Shown: in pieces, positions 37,096 to 47,121 of the stretch
Position numbering within the stretch: the stretch's first letter is position 1
How the letters are laid out: the number at the start of each line of letters is the position of its first letter
NCBI GenBank assembly: GCA_035302145.1
Contig: DATGSX010000159.1
Span: forward strand, 8,478-72,477
Length of the DNA: 64,000 nucleotides
Direction of reading: 5' to 3'
Source: Flavobacteriaceae bacterium
GTDB lineage: Bacteria; Bacteroidota; Bacteroidia; Flavobacteriales; Flavobacteriaceae
Translations under genes and position numbers: made by a program
The notes under the pieces: generated by a model
The model's database searches: none
Told to the model about the DNA's origin: nothing
The model's input: the letters and a program-made list of their open reading frames with translations, nothing else

Positions 37096-38520
37096 TTAAC
37101 AGTCGCTTAGATTAACACTAACTGCTAGACCACCTTCACTTGTTTCTTTATATTTAGTGTTCATATCTTTTGCAGTCTCCCACATGGTATTCACCACCGC
37201 ATCAAATGGTACTTTTACATGTTTTGGATTGGTGTGCAATGCTATTTCTGCTGCATTAATCGCTTTAATTGCTCCCATGGTGTTTCGCTCTATACATGGC
37301 ACTTGAACTAACCCTGCAATTGGATCACAGGTAAGCCCTAAATGATGTTCCATGGCTATTTCGCTTGCAATTAGAACTTGCTCTGGAGTAGCACCCATCA
37401 ATTCTGCAAGTGCTCCAGCTGCCATTGCAGATGACACGCCGATTTCGGCTTGGCATCCACCTAATGCTGCTGATATGGTGGCACCTTTTTTAAATAAAGC
37501 GCCAACCTCTCCTGCAACTAATAAGAACTGTTTAATCTCATCAAACCCAGCATCATGATTTTCAATACATAGATAATAGAGTAGTACTGATGGTATAACC
37601 CCAGCACTTCCATTTGTTGGTGCCGTTACTACACGACCTAAATCGGCATTCACCTCATTTACTGCTATGGCAAAACAAGATACCCATTGTAAAATTTGTC
37701 TGAAAGCCACCTTCGTGTTGCGAATAGACTCAATCCACTCTTCTGGATTGGAGTAGTCAGCATCACCTATAAGAGATTTATGTATTTTATATGCACGGCG
37801 CTTTACGTTTAGTCCGCCTGGCAGTAAACCTTTGGTGTGACATCCTTCGTATATAGATTCCAACATTACGTTCCAAACTGCTTGAATTTCTGCGTCTATC
37901 TCTTCTGACGATCTTATGGAAAGTTCGTTTTCCAAAACTATTTCCGAAATAATTTTGTTTTCTTCCTTACAATAGGCTAATAGTTCTGTTCCTTTTTCTA
38001 TAGGATATGGGAAGACCGACGTTTTGCTGACTCCTTCTACCGCTTCCTGTTTTTGTTCTTTTACAACAAAACCTCCTCCTATGGAATAGTAATTTTCTTC
38101 GTATATACTTCCATCTTCAAAGGTTCCTTTAATGGTCATGCCATTTGGATGAAAATCTAGGAAGGTCTTATGAAAGTGAATGTCCTTCTGAAAGTCAAAT
38201 GAAATAGATTTTAATGAATTGACTAGTAACGATTTCTCATGCTTTATTGTAGCAATGTGGTTGTCTATTTGATCGGTAGGATAAGTTATGGGATCAAAAC
38301 CACATAACCCTAATACTACCGCAATATCTGTGGCATGTCCGACGCCCGTTAAGGAAAGAGATCCGTATAGATGTACTTCAACATGCTCTAAACTAGCAGC
38401 GCCACCTTTATCTTCTATCTCTTCTAACCACCAAATCGCTGCACGCCATGGCCCCAACGTATGGGAACTAGAGGGACCAACCCCTATCTTTAACATATCA
38501 AAAATACTGATGCTCTCCAT
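37096..38520 (-). CDS. sdaA: L-serine ammonia-lyase, iron-sulfur-dependent, single chain
   Basis: 474 aa. IGVGPSSSHTLGP at the N-terminus; fused beta and alpha domains. Confidence 0.92.
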   Translation of the reverse strand: MESISIFDMLKIGVGPSSSHTLGPWRAAIWWLEEIEDKGGAASLEHVEVHLYGSLSLTGVGHATDIAVVLGLCGFDPITYPTDQIDNHIATIKHEKSLLVNSLKSISFDFQKDIHFHKTFLDFHPNGMTIKGTFEDGSIYEENYYSIGGGFVVKEQKQEAVEGVSKTSVFPYPIEKGTELLAYCKEENKIISEIVLENELSIRSSEEIDAEIQAVWNVMLESIYEGCHTKGLLPGGLNVKRRAYKIHKSLIGDADYSNPEEWIESIRNTKVAFRQILQWVSCFAIAVNEVNADLGRVVTAPTNGSAGVIPSVLLYYLCIENHDAGFDEIKQFLLVAGEVGALFKKGATISAALGGCQAEIGVSSAMAAGALAELMGATPEQVLIASEIAMEHHLGLTCDPIAGLVQVPCIERNTMGAIKAINAAEIALHTNPKHVKVPFDAVVNTMWETAKDMNTKYKETSEGGLAVSVNLSDC

Positions 38521-38678
38521 ATTCTATATGTATCTATCTAAAAAGTTTAAACTTCCCAAATATACACTAAACCCAAGCGTTTACAAAAGAATTTAAGGTT
38601 GCTTTGAAAAGTAAAGATTGGAATAGCATTGTATTTAGTAAATATATATTTTGTCGGATAAATTATAGAGACAAAATG

Positions 38679-38732
38679 CCTTTTTATAAAAAGGAGTATG
38701 ACAAGCTGTCATAAAATAATGTATGGCATACA
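38679..38732. promoter_or_regulatory. Array of three dyad-symmetric elements upstream of dnaK
   Basis: CCTTTTTATAAAAAGG (38679-38694), TATGACA-AGC-TGTCATA (38697-38713) and TGTATG-G-CATACA (38720-38732). Confidence 0.35.
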
Positions 38733-38799
38733 ACTTGACTTATACACCATGAAAATCAGAAAATAAATTTAAAATAGAATAAATAATTAAACATACACT

Positions 38800-40704
38800 A
38801 TGAGTAAGATTATTGGAATAGACTTAGGAACTACCAACTCGTGTGTTGCAGTAATGGAGGGAAGCGAGCCAACTGTTATTGCCAACGCCGAAGGAAAACG
38901 CACTACACCTTCTGTAATTGCATTTTTAGAAGGCGGTGAAATTACTGTAGGAGATCCTGCAAAAAGACAAGCGGTTACAAACCCGACAAAAACAATTTCT
39001 TCTATTAAAAGGTTTATGGGAAGCAAATTCTCTGAATCTCAAAAAGAAATCGAAAACTCTGCTTATAAAGTAGTAAAAGGCGATAATGATACGCCAAGAG
39101 TTGACATTGACGGGAGATTGTATACTCCTCAGGAGTTAAGTGCTATGACACTTCAGAAAATGAAGAAGACAGCAGAAGATTTCCTTGGACAAGAAGTAAG
39201 CGAAGCAGTTATTACCGTACCTGCATATTTTAACGATAGCCAAAGACAAGCTACCAAAGAAGCAGGTGAAATTGCTGGATTAAAAGTAAGACGTATAATT
39301 AACGAGCCTACTGCAGCAGCTTTAGCATACGGACTAGATAAGAAAACCCAAGATCAGAAGATTGTTGTATTCGACTTTGGAGGTGGTACACATGACGTAT
39401 CCATCTTAGAATTAGGAGATGGCGTGTTTGAGGTACTAGCTACAGATGGAGATACACGTCTAGGTGGTGATGATGTAGATGAGAAAATCATAGACTGGTT
39501 AGCAGATGAATTCAATAAAGAAGAGAGCATAGACTTAAGAAAAGATCCTATGGCACTGCAGCGTCTAAAAGAAGCAGCAGAAAAAGCTAAGATTGAGTTA
39601 TCTTCCGCTTCTCAAACAGAAATCAACTTGCCTTATGTTACAGCTACAGCAAGTGGACCAAAACACTTAGTAAAAACTTTAACTAGAGCGAAGTTTGAGC
39701 AGTTAATCGACGACCTAGTACAGCGTACTATTGTTCCTTGTAAAGAAGCGATGGAGAGTGCTGGATTAAAGCCAAGTGATATCGATGAGGTAATATTAGT
39801 AGGAGGTTCTACTCGTATTCCAGCTGTTCAAGAAGCAGTTGAGAAATACTTTGGAAAAGCACCTAGCAAAGGTGTAAACCCAGACGAGGTAGTAGCTTTA
39901 GGAGCTGCGATTCAAGGTGGAGTATTAAGTGGTGATGTAAAAGACGTACTACTTCTAGACGTTACCCCATTGTCCTTAGGTATTGAAACTATGGGAGGAG
40001 TGATGACTAAATTAATTGAAGCAAACACTACAATTCCAACCAATAGATCACAGGTGTTCTCTACAGCAGCTGATAACCAACCAAGCGTTGAGATTCATGT
40101 ATTGCAAGGAGAAAGACCAATGGCAGCCGATAACAAAACGATTGGTAGATTCCACTTAGATGGAATTCCACCAGCGCAAAGAGGAGTGCCACAAATTGAG
40201 GTGTCTTTTGATATCGATGCTAACGGAATTATTAAAGTTAGTGCAACAGATAAAGCTACCAATAAAACACAAGATATCCGTATAGAAGCATCTAGCGGTC
40301 TTTCTGAGGAGGAAATCCAAAGAATGAAGGATGAAGCAGAAGCAAATGCGGAGGCAGATGAGAAGAAAAAAGCAGCTATCGATAAAATTAACGAAGCAGA
40401 TGCGATGATCTTCCAAACTGAAAAACAACTTGAAGAGTTTGGCGACAAGCTTTCCGACGACAAGAAAAAGCCAATCGAAGAAGCTCTAGAAGAGTTAAAG
40501 AAAGCACATGCAAGCCAAGAAGTGGAGCAAATAGAGCCAGCTTTAGAGAAAATAAATGAAGCATGGAAAGTTGCCTCAGAAGAAATGTACAAAGCACAAG
40601 CTGAACAACAACAGCCTGGTGCAGATGCAGGAGCTGGAGCAGCTTCGCAAGGAGACGGCGGAACTGAGGATGTAGAAGATGTGGACTTTGAAGAAGTAAA
40701 GTAA
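38800..40704 (+). CDS. dnaK: Molecular chaperone DnaK (Hsp70)
   Basis: 634 aa with [14 protein letters not shown] and a C-terminal acidic tail. Confidence 0.97.
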   Translation: MSKIIGIDLGTTNSCVAVMEGSEPTVIANAEGKRTTPSVIAFLEGGEITVGDPAKRQAVTNPTKTISSIKRFMGSKFSESQKEIENSAYKVVKGDNDTPRVDIDGRLYTPQELSAMTLQKMKKTAEDFLGQEVSEAVITVPAYFNDSQRQATKEAGEIAGLKVRRIINEPTAAALAYGLDKKTQDQKIVVFDFGGGTHDVSILELGDGVFEVLATDGDTRLGGDDVDEKIIDWLADEFNKEESIDLRKDPMALQRLKEAAEKAKIELSSASQTEINLPYVTATASGPKHLVKTLTRAKFEQLIDDLVQRTIVPCKEAMESAGLKPSDIDEVILVGGSTRIPAVQEAVEKYFGKAPSKGVNPDEVVALGAAIQGGVLSGDVKDVLLLDVTPLSLGIETMGGVMTKLIEANTTIPTNRSQVFSTAADNQPSVEIHVLQGERPMAADNKTIGRFHLDGIPPAQRGVPQIEVSFDIDANGIIKVSATDKATNKTQDIRIEASSGLSEEEIQRMKDEAEANAEADEKKKAAIDKINEADAMIFQTEKQLEEFGDKLSDDKKKPIEEALEELKKAHASQEVEQIEPALEKINEAWKVASEEMYKAQAEQQQPGADAGAGAASQGDGGTEDVEDVDFEEVK

Positions 40705-40726
40705 TTAAATCTTCTCAATAAATTAG

Positions 40727-40758
40727 AAAGCGTTGGATAAATTTCCAACGCTTTTTTT
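40727..40758 (+). terminator. Intrinsic terminator after dnaK
   Basis: aaagcgttgg-N8-ccaacgcttt, followed by tttt. Confidence 0.85.
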
Positions 40759-40779
40759 ATTGTAGTACAATACGAACGA

Positions 40780-40815
40780 AAAAGAGGGATATCCTATTGG
40801 ACATCCCTCTTTTTT
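40780..40815. terminator. Second hairpin with an A-run and a T-run; likely dnaN (minus-strand) terminator, possibly bidirectional
   Basis: aaaagagggatatcc-tatt-ggacatccctctttttt. Confidence 0.75.
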
Positions 40816-40837
40816 AATGTATTTATATAATAGTTTG

Positions 40838-41956
40838 TTAGTTGCTTAGCATAACCGGCATTACTAGCATGGTAATTTTTTCACCATCATCAGTTCCATC
40901 AACTGGGGTTAATATTCCCGCTCGGTTTGGTAAAGACATTTCCAATAATACTTCATCGGAGGTTAAATTACCAAGCATTTCGATAAGGAATCTTGAGTTA
41001 AACCCAATTTGAATATCATCACCTTGGTAAGCACAGTTCAAACGCTCTTCAGCTTTATTACTAATATCAATATCCTCTGCATATATCTTTAATTCCGCAC
41101 CAGCAATACTCAAACGTATCTGGTGGGTTGTTTTGTTGGAGAAAATTGAAACTCTTCGTGCTGAATTTAAAAATAGATTACGATCTATGGTAAGCTTATT
41201 TGGATTTTCTTTTGGGATTACCGCTTCGTAATTCGGATACTTTCCGTCGATCAAGCGACAAACCATCTCAATATTTTCGAATGTAAACTTCGCGTTGGTT
41301 TCGTTATATTCTATAGTAACAAGCTCTTCGCTGCCTTGTAATATGTTTCGTAGAAGATTTAAAGGCTTTTTAGGCATTATGAATTCTGCTGGGTTGGCAG
41401 CTTGTATATCTTCTCTAGCATATTTAACCAACTTATGTGCATCGGTTGCAACAAAGGTCAGGCTATCGCTTTTTAGCTGAAAGAATACCCCGCTCATCAC
41501 TGGTCTTAAGTCATCATTTCCTGTGGCGAAAATAGTTTTGTTAATAGCAGTAGCCAATATATCACCAGACATTACTGTAGCATTAGCATCCAATAATTCT
41601 ATCTGGGTTGGAAAATCATCGCTATTGGCATATGCAAGCGCATATTTACCATGGCTAGAGCTTATCTCTACAGTATTACTATCAGTAGTCGAAAAGGTAA
41701 GCGGTTGTTCTGCAAAAGTTTTAAGAGTATCTAATAATAATTTGGCAGGAATACAAATACTACCAGTTTCGCTACTTTCCACCTCTATTGTAGAAGAAAT
41801 AGTGGTTTCTAAATCTGATGCAGATATGCTTAGCTCGTTATTATCTAAGGATAATAAGAAGTTATCCAAAATAGGAATCGTATTATTATTGTTGATAATA
41901 CCACCTAATACTTGTAAGTGCTTCAATAAGTATGTGCTGGAAACTATAAATTTCAT
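40838..41956 (-). CDS. dnaN: DNA polymerase III subunit beta
   Basis: 372 aa with the typical sliding-clamp three-domain sequence (MKFIVSSTYLLKHLQ...). Confidence 0.93.
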   Translation of the reverse strand: MKFIVSSTYLLKHLQVLGGIINNNNTIPILDNFLLSLDNNELSISASDLETTISSTIEVESSETGSICIPAKLLLDTLKTFAEQPLTFSTTDSNTVEISSSHGKYALAYANSDDFPTQIELLDANATVMSGDILATAINKTIFATGNDDLRPVMSGVFFQLKSDSLTFVATDAHKLVKYAREDIQAANPAEFIMPKKPLNLLRNILQGSEELVTIEYNETNAKFTFENIEMVCRLIDGKYPNYEAVIPKENPNKLTIDRNLFLNSARRVSIFSNKTTHQIRLSIAGAELKIYAEDIDISNKAEERLNCAYQGDDIQIGFNSRFLIEMLGNLTSDEVLLEMSLPNRAGILTPVDGTDDGEKITMLVMPVMLSN

Positions 41957-42087
41957 GAACGGTTATTTTTTTCTAAATAATAATAAGCTTTAATTATAAG
42001 CTGAAAATATATTGCTCGTAAAGCGAAGGGCTAAGCTACAAAATTTATTAACAAAAGAATAGTGGTTATAAGTTAATTTGAAGCTTG

Positions 42088-43785
42088 TCATTCACGTACA
42101 TATTTTCGCTTACGTGCAAAACTAATCAGTATTCCAAAAATACTAAGTGCAACTAATGGAATAAGCAGATTAATATATTGCCACATACGGCGTTGTTCTA
42201 TGCTGCGTTGGGAATCTAAAAACGGAATGACAATGGTTTTGCTCCGCAAAGCGATAAGGCCATTGTCGTCCAGCATATAATTAACACTGTTCAGTAAAAA
42301 CTCTTTATTACCATAATAAGAGTTTGTCCATTTGTCAAATCCAAGTTCTAATGGACGCTCACCATCCATTTGATTTTTTATAATACTTTCATCGCTTACA
42401 ACAAGAAGTTTTCCATCTTGTGTTTCCGAAATATCCTTCCAGTTTTTCCACTTAATTGGTTTTATCCTATTATGATAAGCCGATTCAATTGGTCCTTCTA
42501 AAAGTACGGCTAAGGCCATTGGCTTATAACCAAAGTTAGCTTGATTTGGCCCTTCGTTTATAATTTCTAGACTTTCCGTTATCTCTTTATTTAAATCAAC
42601 CGGGTAAGGTAGGCCATGAGACTTACTTAAGGGCGATGTGGCTAATAATATAGTTTTTTTAGTCTGATTGGGTAAAGTGTCTATACTACTTGCATATTCG
42701 AATTTTATAGCCTCGATGTTGGTAGTAATTGGATGGGTGCTTTCACTTTCAACAAGTGGATAAAAAAACCAAGGATACCGATCGTATTGTGAATCGCGTT
42801 CTTGTCCACTAGCTATTACGATAGGAGCGGAATAGAGATCTTTTACCACATTGGCGTTTATCCGTACACCATATTTAAATAACATATCGGTTATCTGTAA
42901 ATCCGATGCTATAATGTAGGTTTCATCTGTTTCTGGGTGTTGTGTTTGTGTGTTCATACTCCCTAGCCAAAGGATGTTACCACCTTGCATAAGATATTGA
43001 TCTATTAGATACTTATGGGTATCACTAAATACTTTTTTTGGACCAGCTACAACGAGTAAATCATAAGTGTTTAATTCATTTAAAATTTCGCTCGGTTCTT
43101 CTGGCGCATGAAGTGTGAATGGCGCTATAAAGTAATATTCTTTTAAAGTAATTAAAAAATCAGCTAGAAATCTATCCTCTATTTCGTTGTTCCCTTTTAA
43201 GAAGGCTACGCGCTTATGTTTTGGTAGTAGAAGTTTATTAAACGAATCAACAAAACTATACTCTAAATTTTGAACTGAATTATGAATTCGTTCCACACTG
43301 CTAGCTCCCATAATATTTTTTAATAGGGGAATGGAAACACTTCTTCCTTCATAAGTAGCAAAAGCATATGGATAAACAATTTCTGTTTGAGTTTTTCCAT
43401 CTTGCTTGATTTGGACTTGTGCTGGTCGGATTTGAAAGCTTCTTATTTTTTCATGTAAATCCGCGCGAACATCCAATTCTGTAGGATCGATAAATCTAAA
43501 CTGAATGTTTCTGTTAATCGAAGAAAACTCCTCTAATATTTGATGCGTTTCTTGCTGAAGCCTACGGAACTCCGAAGTGCTTTTTCCGCTAAGTAACACT
43601 TCAATTTCAATAGGTGAACTTATGGTGTCTAGCATTTGTACCGTTATTTCCGATAAGGTATAACGCCTATCCTGCGTAAGATCGAACCGCTTATAAAATA
43701 TTTGGCTTACTATTCCAAGTAAAAGAACACCTACAAGTATATATATATAACGCTTTGTAATGGATGAAGTCGTTTGCTTGTTCAT
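42088..43785 (-). CDS. gldG: Gliding motility-associated ABC transporter substrate-binding protein GldG
   Basis: 565 aa with N- and C-terminal TM anchors. Immediately downstream of gldF with abutting coordinates. Confidence 0.85.
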   Translation of the reverse strand: MNKQTTSSITKRYIYILVGVLLLGIVSQIFYKRFDLTQDRRYTLSEITVQMLDTISSPIEIEVLLSGKSTSEFRRLQQETHQILEEFSSINRNIQFRFIDPTELDVRADLHEKIRSFQIRPAQVQIKQDGKTQTEIVYPYAFATYEGRSVSIPLLKNIMGASSVERIHNSVQNLEYSFVDSFNKLLLPKHKRVAFLKGNNEIEDRFLADFLITLKEYYFIAPFTLHAPEEPSEILNELNTYDLLVVAGPKKVFSDTHKYLIDQYLMQGGNILWLGSMNTQTQHPETDETYIIASDLQITDMLFKYGVRINANVVKDLYSAPIVIASGQERDSQYDRYPWFFYPLVESESTHPITTNIEAIKFEYASSIDTLPNQTKKTILLATSPLSKSHGLPYPVDLNKEITESLEIINEGPNQANFGYKPMALAVLLEGPIESAYHNRIKPIKWKNWKDISETQDGKLLVVSDESIIKNQMDGERPLELGFDKWTNSYYGNKEFLLNSVNYMLDDNGLIALRSKTIVIPFLDSQRSIEQRRMWQYINLLIPLVALSIFGILISFARKRKYVRE

Positions 43786-44502
43786 TTATTTCCTTTCTAA
43801 TTTATAGCTTGTAGCCATTATAAAAAACAGGCTTATACATACAAAATACAAGATGTCTCGCGTATCTAATATACCTCGAGAAATGCTTTTAAAATGTTCT
43901 TGCATTCCAAAACCTTCAATAAATAATAAATCGGTGCTTAAAGAGGCTATAGCACCAAATCCAAAATAGAGGACAAAGCTTATACATACGCCAATTAAGA
44001 AAGCGATTATTTGATTATTTGATATGGTTGAGGCAAATACTCCAATGGCAGCATAGGACAACACTAAAAATAGCAACCCAATATAAGAACCGATAACTAC
44101 GCCACTGTCAAAATTGTTTATCGTAGATCCCAATTGCCCAATGGTATAAAGGTATAGTATGCTTGGTAGTAAAGCTATTATTATAAGAATTACAGCCGCA
44201 AAATATTTTCCCAACACAATTTGTAGGCTTGTCATAGGTTTAGTTTGCAGTATTTCGATAGTTCCTAATTTAAATTCTTCGCTAAATAAGCGCATGCTGA
44301 CCGCAGGGATTAAAAACATAAGAATCCATGGCGATAGTTCAAAGAATGGCGATAGATCGGCGAATTCGGAATCCAAAATATTATATTCCCCTGGAATTAC
44401 CCATAGGAATAATCCATTGGCTACAAGGAATAAACCAACAACCAAATAACCTACAGGAGAGGTGAAAAAAGCATTTATTTCTTTGCGTAATATAGCTAGC
44501 AT
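43786..44502 (-). CDS. gldF: Gliding motility-associated ABC transporter permease GldF
   Basis: ABC-2 type permease. Start moved to MLAILRKEINAFF to avoid overlapping the upstream ABM gene. Confidence 0.82.
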   Translation of the reverse strand: MLAILRKEINAFFTSPVGYLVVGLFLVANGLFLWVIPGEYNILDSEFADLSPFFELSPWILMFLIPAVSMRLFSEEFKLGTIEILQTKPMTSLQIVLGKYFAAVILIIIALLPSILYLYTIGQLGSTINNFDSGVVIGSYIGLLFLVLSYAAIGVFASTISNNQIIAFLIGVCISFVLYFGFGAIASLSTDLLFIEGFGMQEHFKSISRGILDTRDILYFVCISLFFIMATSYKLERK

Positions 44503-44513
44503 ACTCCGTTTTT

Positions 44514-44810
44514 CTAGTTTAATTCTTGAAGGCTGTTTACACTCCAAGCCATTGGTTTGTCGCGAAAAAGAGCTTTTGTTTTTGGCCATACCTCCCCAAA
44601 TAGAGCACTATTTCTATATGCTTCTAAGGCTTCTTCGGACTCCCATGTGCTATAGGTAAAGAATACACCTTTATCTGATTTATCTTGAAGTAATTCTAGG
44701 CTCTTACATCCAGGAAAAGCACGTATCCTATCTTTTACTTGCTCGAAATTGTGCAAAAAAGTAGGTACGTTAGTTTTTTTAAACTCTAATTTTACAATTC
44801 TTTTAAACAT
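44514..44810 (-). CDS. Antibiotic biosynthesis monooxygenase (ABM) domain protein
   Basis: 98 aa; ferredoxin-like ABM pattern (FTYSTWESEEALEAYRNS). Confidence 0.75.
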   Translation of the reverse strand: MFKRIVKLEFKKTNVPTFLHNFEQVKDRIRAFPGCKSLELLQDKSDKGVFFTYSTWESEEALEAYRNSALFGEVWPKTKALFRDKPMAWSVNSLQELN

Positions 44811-44824
44811 CTTTATAAAAATTA

Positions 44825-45655
44825 TTATTCAAAGGTTATGGTTATCGTATCGCGATATTCTAAACCAAAAAGGCTCGATGCACTCCCAACGGTTTGTTGA
44901 TTGCTTTTATAAACAGCTAATTCTAAATGCTTGGAAGAATTCCATAAAGCGATGCTTTTTCCATCTACATGTCTTTTAGCTGGTGGTGCGTCAAAATCTA
45001 TTGCATCGCCATAACTCGTATAAATCCTCTTAAAAATTTCGGATCTAGCACGAATTTCAAAAGAACGGCCTTTGCCAAAGTCATCAAATAGTTGTTTAGA
45101 GACATTGGTTATTACATTGCCGTAATTATCTATGTATTGCACATTCCCAATAATTTGTTTTTTCTCGGCAATAGTTGTTGGTCGCATACCCGTAAGCTCT
45201 TTTATTGTGTGTGTAGGCTTTCCAATAACTTCTAATGTGCCTCCGCGAGCTAAATGACATGCAACGTTAATAAATGCATCTAATATGCTGGCGTTGCTAA
45301 TAGTTCTATCATGAATGTTTATTTCTACAATTTTTTCGGCACGTTGCTCTAAAATCAGCATAGAAACAATACCGTTATCGGCACAAATAAAATAATGTCC
45401 ATTAAGTAGTATGACTAAATGCCTGTTCTCTGGAGTTAATTCGGAATCCACCCCAATGATATGTATGCTTTTTTTGGGAAAGTTTTTATAGGCGTTTTTT
45501 ATAATATACGCAGCCTCTGCTAAATGAAACGGCGATACTCCATGCGATATATCTACGATGCGAACGTCATCCAACTGCGAATATATTGCCCCCTTTAGTG
45601 CTCCTACGTAAGGGTCCTTGTATCCAAAATCGGTCGTTAAAGTGATAATGCGCAT
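44825..45655 (-). CDS. SAM hydrolase / SAM-dependent halogenase family protein (DUF62)
   Basis: 276 aa with the characteristic N-terminus MRIITLTTDFGYKDPYVGALKG. Confidence 0.85.
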   Translation of the reverse strand: MRIITLTTDFGYKDPYVGALKGAIYSQLDDVRIVDISHGVSPFHLAEAAYIIKNAYKNFPKKSIHIIGVDSELTPENRHLVILLNGHYFICADNGIVSMLILEQRAEKIVEINIHDRTISNASILDAFINVACHLARGGTLEVIGKPTHTIKELTGMRPTTIAEKKQIIGNVQYIDNYGNVITNVSKQLFDDFGKGRSFEIRARSEIFKRIYTSYGDAIDFDAPPAKRHVDGKSIALWNSSKHLELAVYKSNQQTVGSASSLFGLEYRDTITITFE

Positions 45656-45703
45656 GAAACTACTTTACTTAATAAAATGAAATTAATTCTTACAAAAATA
45701 GTG

Positions 45704-45711
45704 TACTTTTG
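45704..45711 (+). promoter_or_regulatory. Candidate -7 box (TACTTTTG) upstream of phoH
   Basis: Matches TAnnTTTG and lies 52 nt upstream of the TTG start. I found no clear -33 TTG. Confidence 0.3.
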
Positions 45712-45763
45712 TTAGAAGTAAAACTATTAGGCTTGAACTTGAATATTTAAACACATAAAACTT

Positions 45764-46735
45764 TTGAATGAACTTATAATCGAACTGCCGAATATACAGC
45801 CTTTAGAGTTTTTCGGGACACAAAACGAAACTTTAGATGCATTAAAAGCATATTATCCGCAACTAAAAATAGTGGCAAGAGGGAATATACTAAAAGTGTT
45901 TGGAGAAGAAGAGGTGCTACGAGAATTCGATAAACGAATGGAGATGGTTTTTGCATACTATCAAAAATACAACACGCTAGATGTTTCTATGCTAGAGCGA
46001 ATTCTTACCAGTGAGTCAAAATCAGATTATGATTCCGAAAAATTAAATGGGGATGTTCTCTTACACGGCGTAAGAGGAAAGATGATAAAAGCAAGAACAC
46101 CAAACCAACGCAGAATTGTAAAAGCAATAGATAAAAACGACATGGTGTTTGCTGTAGGGCCTGCAGGAACCGGAAAAACCTACACAGGTGTAGCATTGGC
46201 TGTAAGAGCACTAAAGAATAAAGAAGTAAAACGAATAATCCTAACTAGACCAGCGGTAGAAGCAGGGGAAAACTTAGGTTTCCTGCCAGGTGATTTAACC
46301 GAAAAACTAGATCCATACATGCAACCACTTTACGATGCCTTGTTTGATATGATTCCCGCTGAGCGATTGGCATCGCATTTGGAAAGAGGTATTATACAAA
46401 TTGCTCCATTGGCTTTTATGCGTGGTAGAACACTAGACGATGCTTTTGTTATTTTGGATGAGGCACAAAATACTACCAAGGCACAGATGAAAATGTTTCT
46501 TACCCGAATGGGTGCAAGAGCTAAGTTTATGGTAACTGGCGATCCAGGCCAAATAGACCTACCTAGAAAAATGAGCTCTGGTTTAAAAGTTGCCTTACGA
46601 ATACTAAAAGATGTGGATGGAATTTCCATCATTCACTTGGATGAAAGCGATGTGATTCGACATGAATTGGTGAAAAAGGTTATTGATGCTTATAAAAAGG
46701 AAGAAGAGCAAAAAGAAAACGAGGAGGTAAAATAA
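45764..46735 (+). CDS. phoH: PhoH family ATPase
   Basis: 323 aa with Walker A GPAGTGKTY. TTG start supported by a conserved-looking N-terminus. Confidence 0.9.
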   Translation: MNELIIELPNIQPLEFFGTQNETLDALKAYYPQLKIVARGNILKVFGEEEVLREFDKRMEMVFAYYQKYNTLDVSMLERILTSESKSDYDSEKLNGDVLLHGVRGKMIKARTPNQRRIVKAIDKNDMVFAVGPAGTGKTYTGVALAVRALKNKEVKRIILTRPAVEAGENLGFLPGDLTEKLDPYMQPLYDALFDMIPAERLASHLERGIIQIAPLAFMRGRTLDDAFVILDEAQNTTKAQMKMFLTRMGARAKFMVTGDPGQIDLPRKMSSGLKVALRILKDVDGISIIHLDESDVIRHELVKKVIDAYKKEEEQKENEEVK

Positions 46736-46766
46736 CTTCACTACAAAAACTAATTATAAAGAATAG

Positions 46767-46799
46767 CACCCGTTTATAAAATAAATTTATAGACGGGTG
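46767..46799 (+). terminator. Intrinsic terminator after phoH
   Basis: cacccgtttataaa-N4-atttatagacgggtg, followed by a T-rich tail. Confidence 0.7.
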
Positions 46800-46969
46800 T
46801 AGTATTTTGTGGAATATATAAGTCTTTCGTTTTGCATTAAACCACACAAAGGTTTTGTTAGAGTTATTTTTTTCTTTTTGAGCTAAACTCTTAGGATTAG
46901 CACTCTTAATAAAATGAAATCATCCCATTAGTTCTATAGGTTCTAAGTGTAAATGCTTGATTTTAGCTT

Positions 46970-47030
46970 AATACTCAGTAAGCCCTATCGAATACTCAGT
47001 GAGCCTAATGAATACTAAGTCACTCTTTGT
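46970..47030. repeat. Imperfect tandem triplication of a 20-21-nt unit (AATACTMAGTNANNC...)
   Basis: The units are aatactcagtaagccctatcg, aatactcagtgagcctaatg and aatactaagtcactctttgt. They lie 92-152 nt upstream of the first BspA-like gene. Confidence 0.6.
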
Positions 47031-47121
47031 TGCCTTACTATATTTTATTACTCTATAAGCTATAACTAAAGTTTTGATATCAATTCTTTAGGGTTATGTT
47101 TAACTAATTATTTAATAAATT

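Noticed and set aside
40095-40748. A 217-aa ORF antisense to the 3' part of dnaK, plus smaller antisense ORFs at 40156-40428 and 40388-40597.
   Set aside because: The translation is low-complexity and rich in Ser, Ala and Cys, and it lies entirely opposite a highly conserved gene. Long antisense frames opposite hsp70 are a well-known compositional artefact. I found no start context or promoter evidence.
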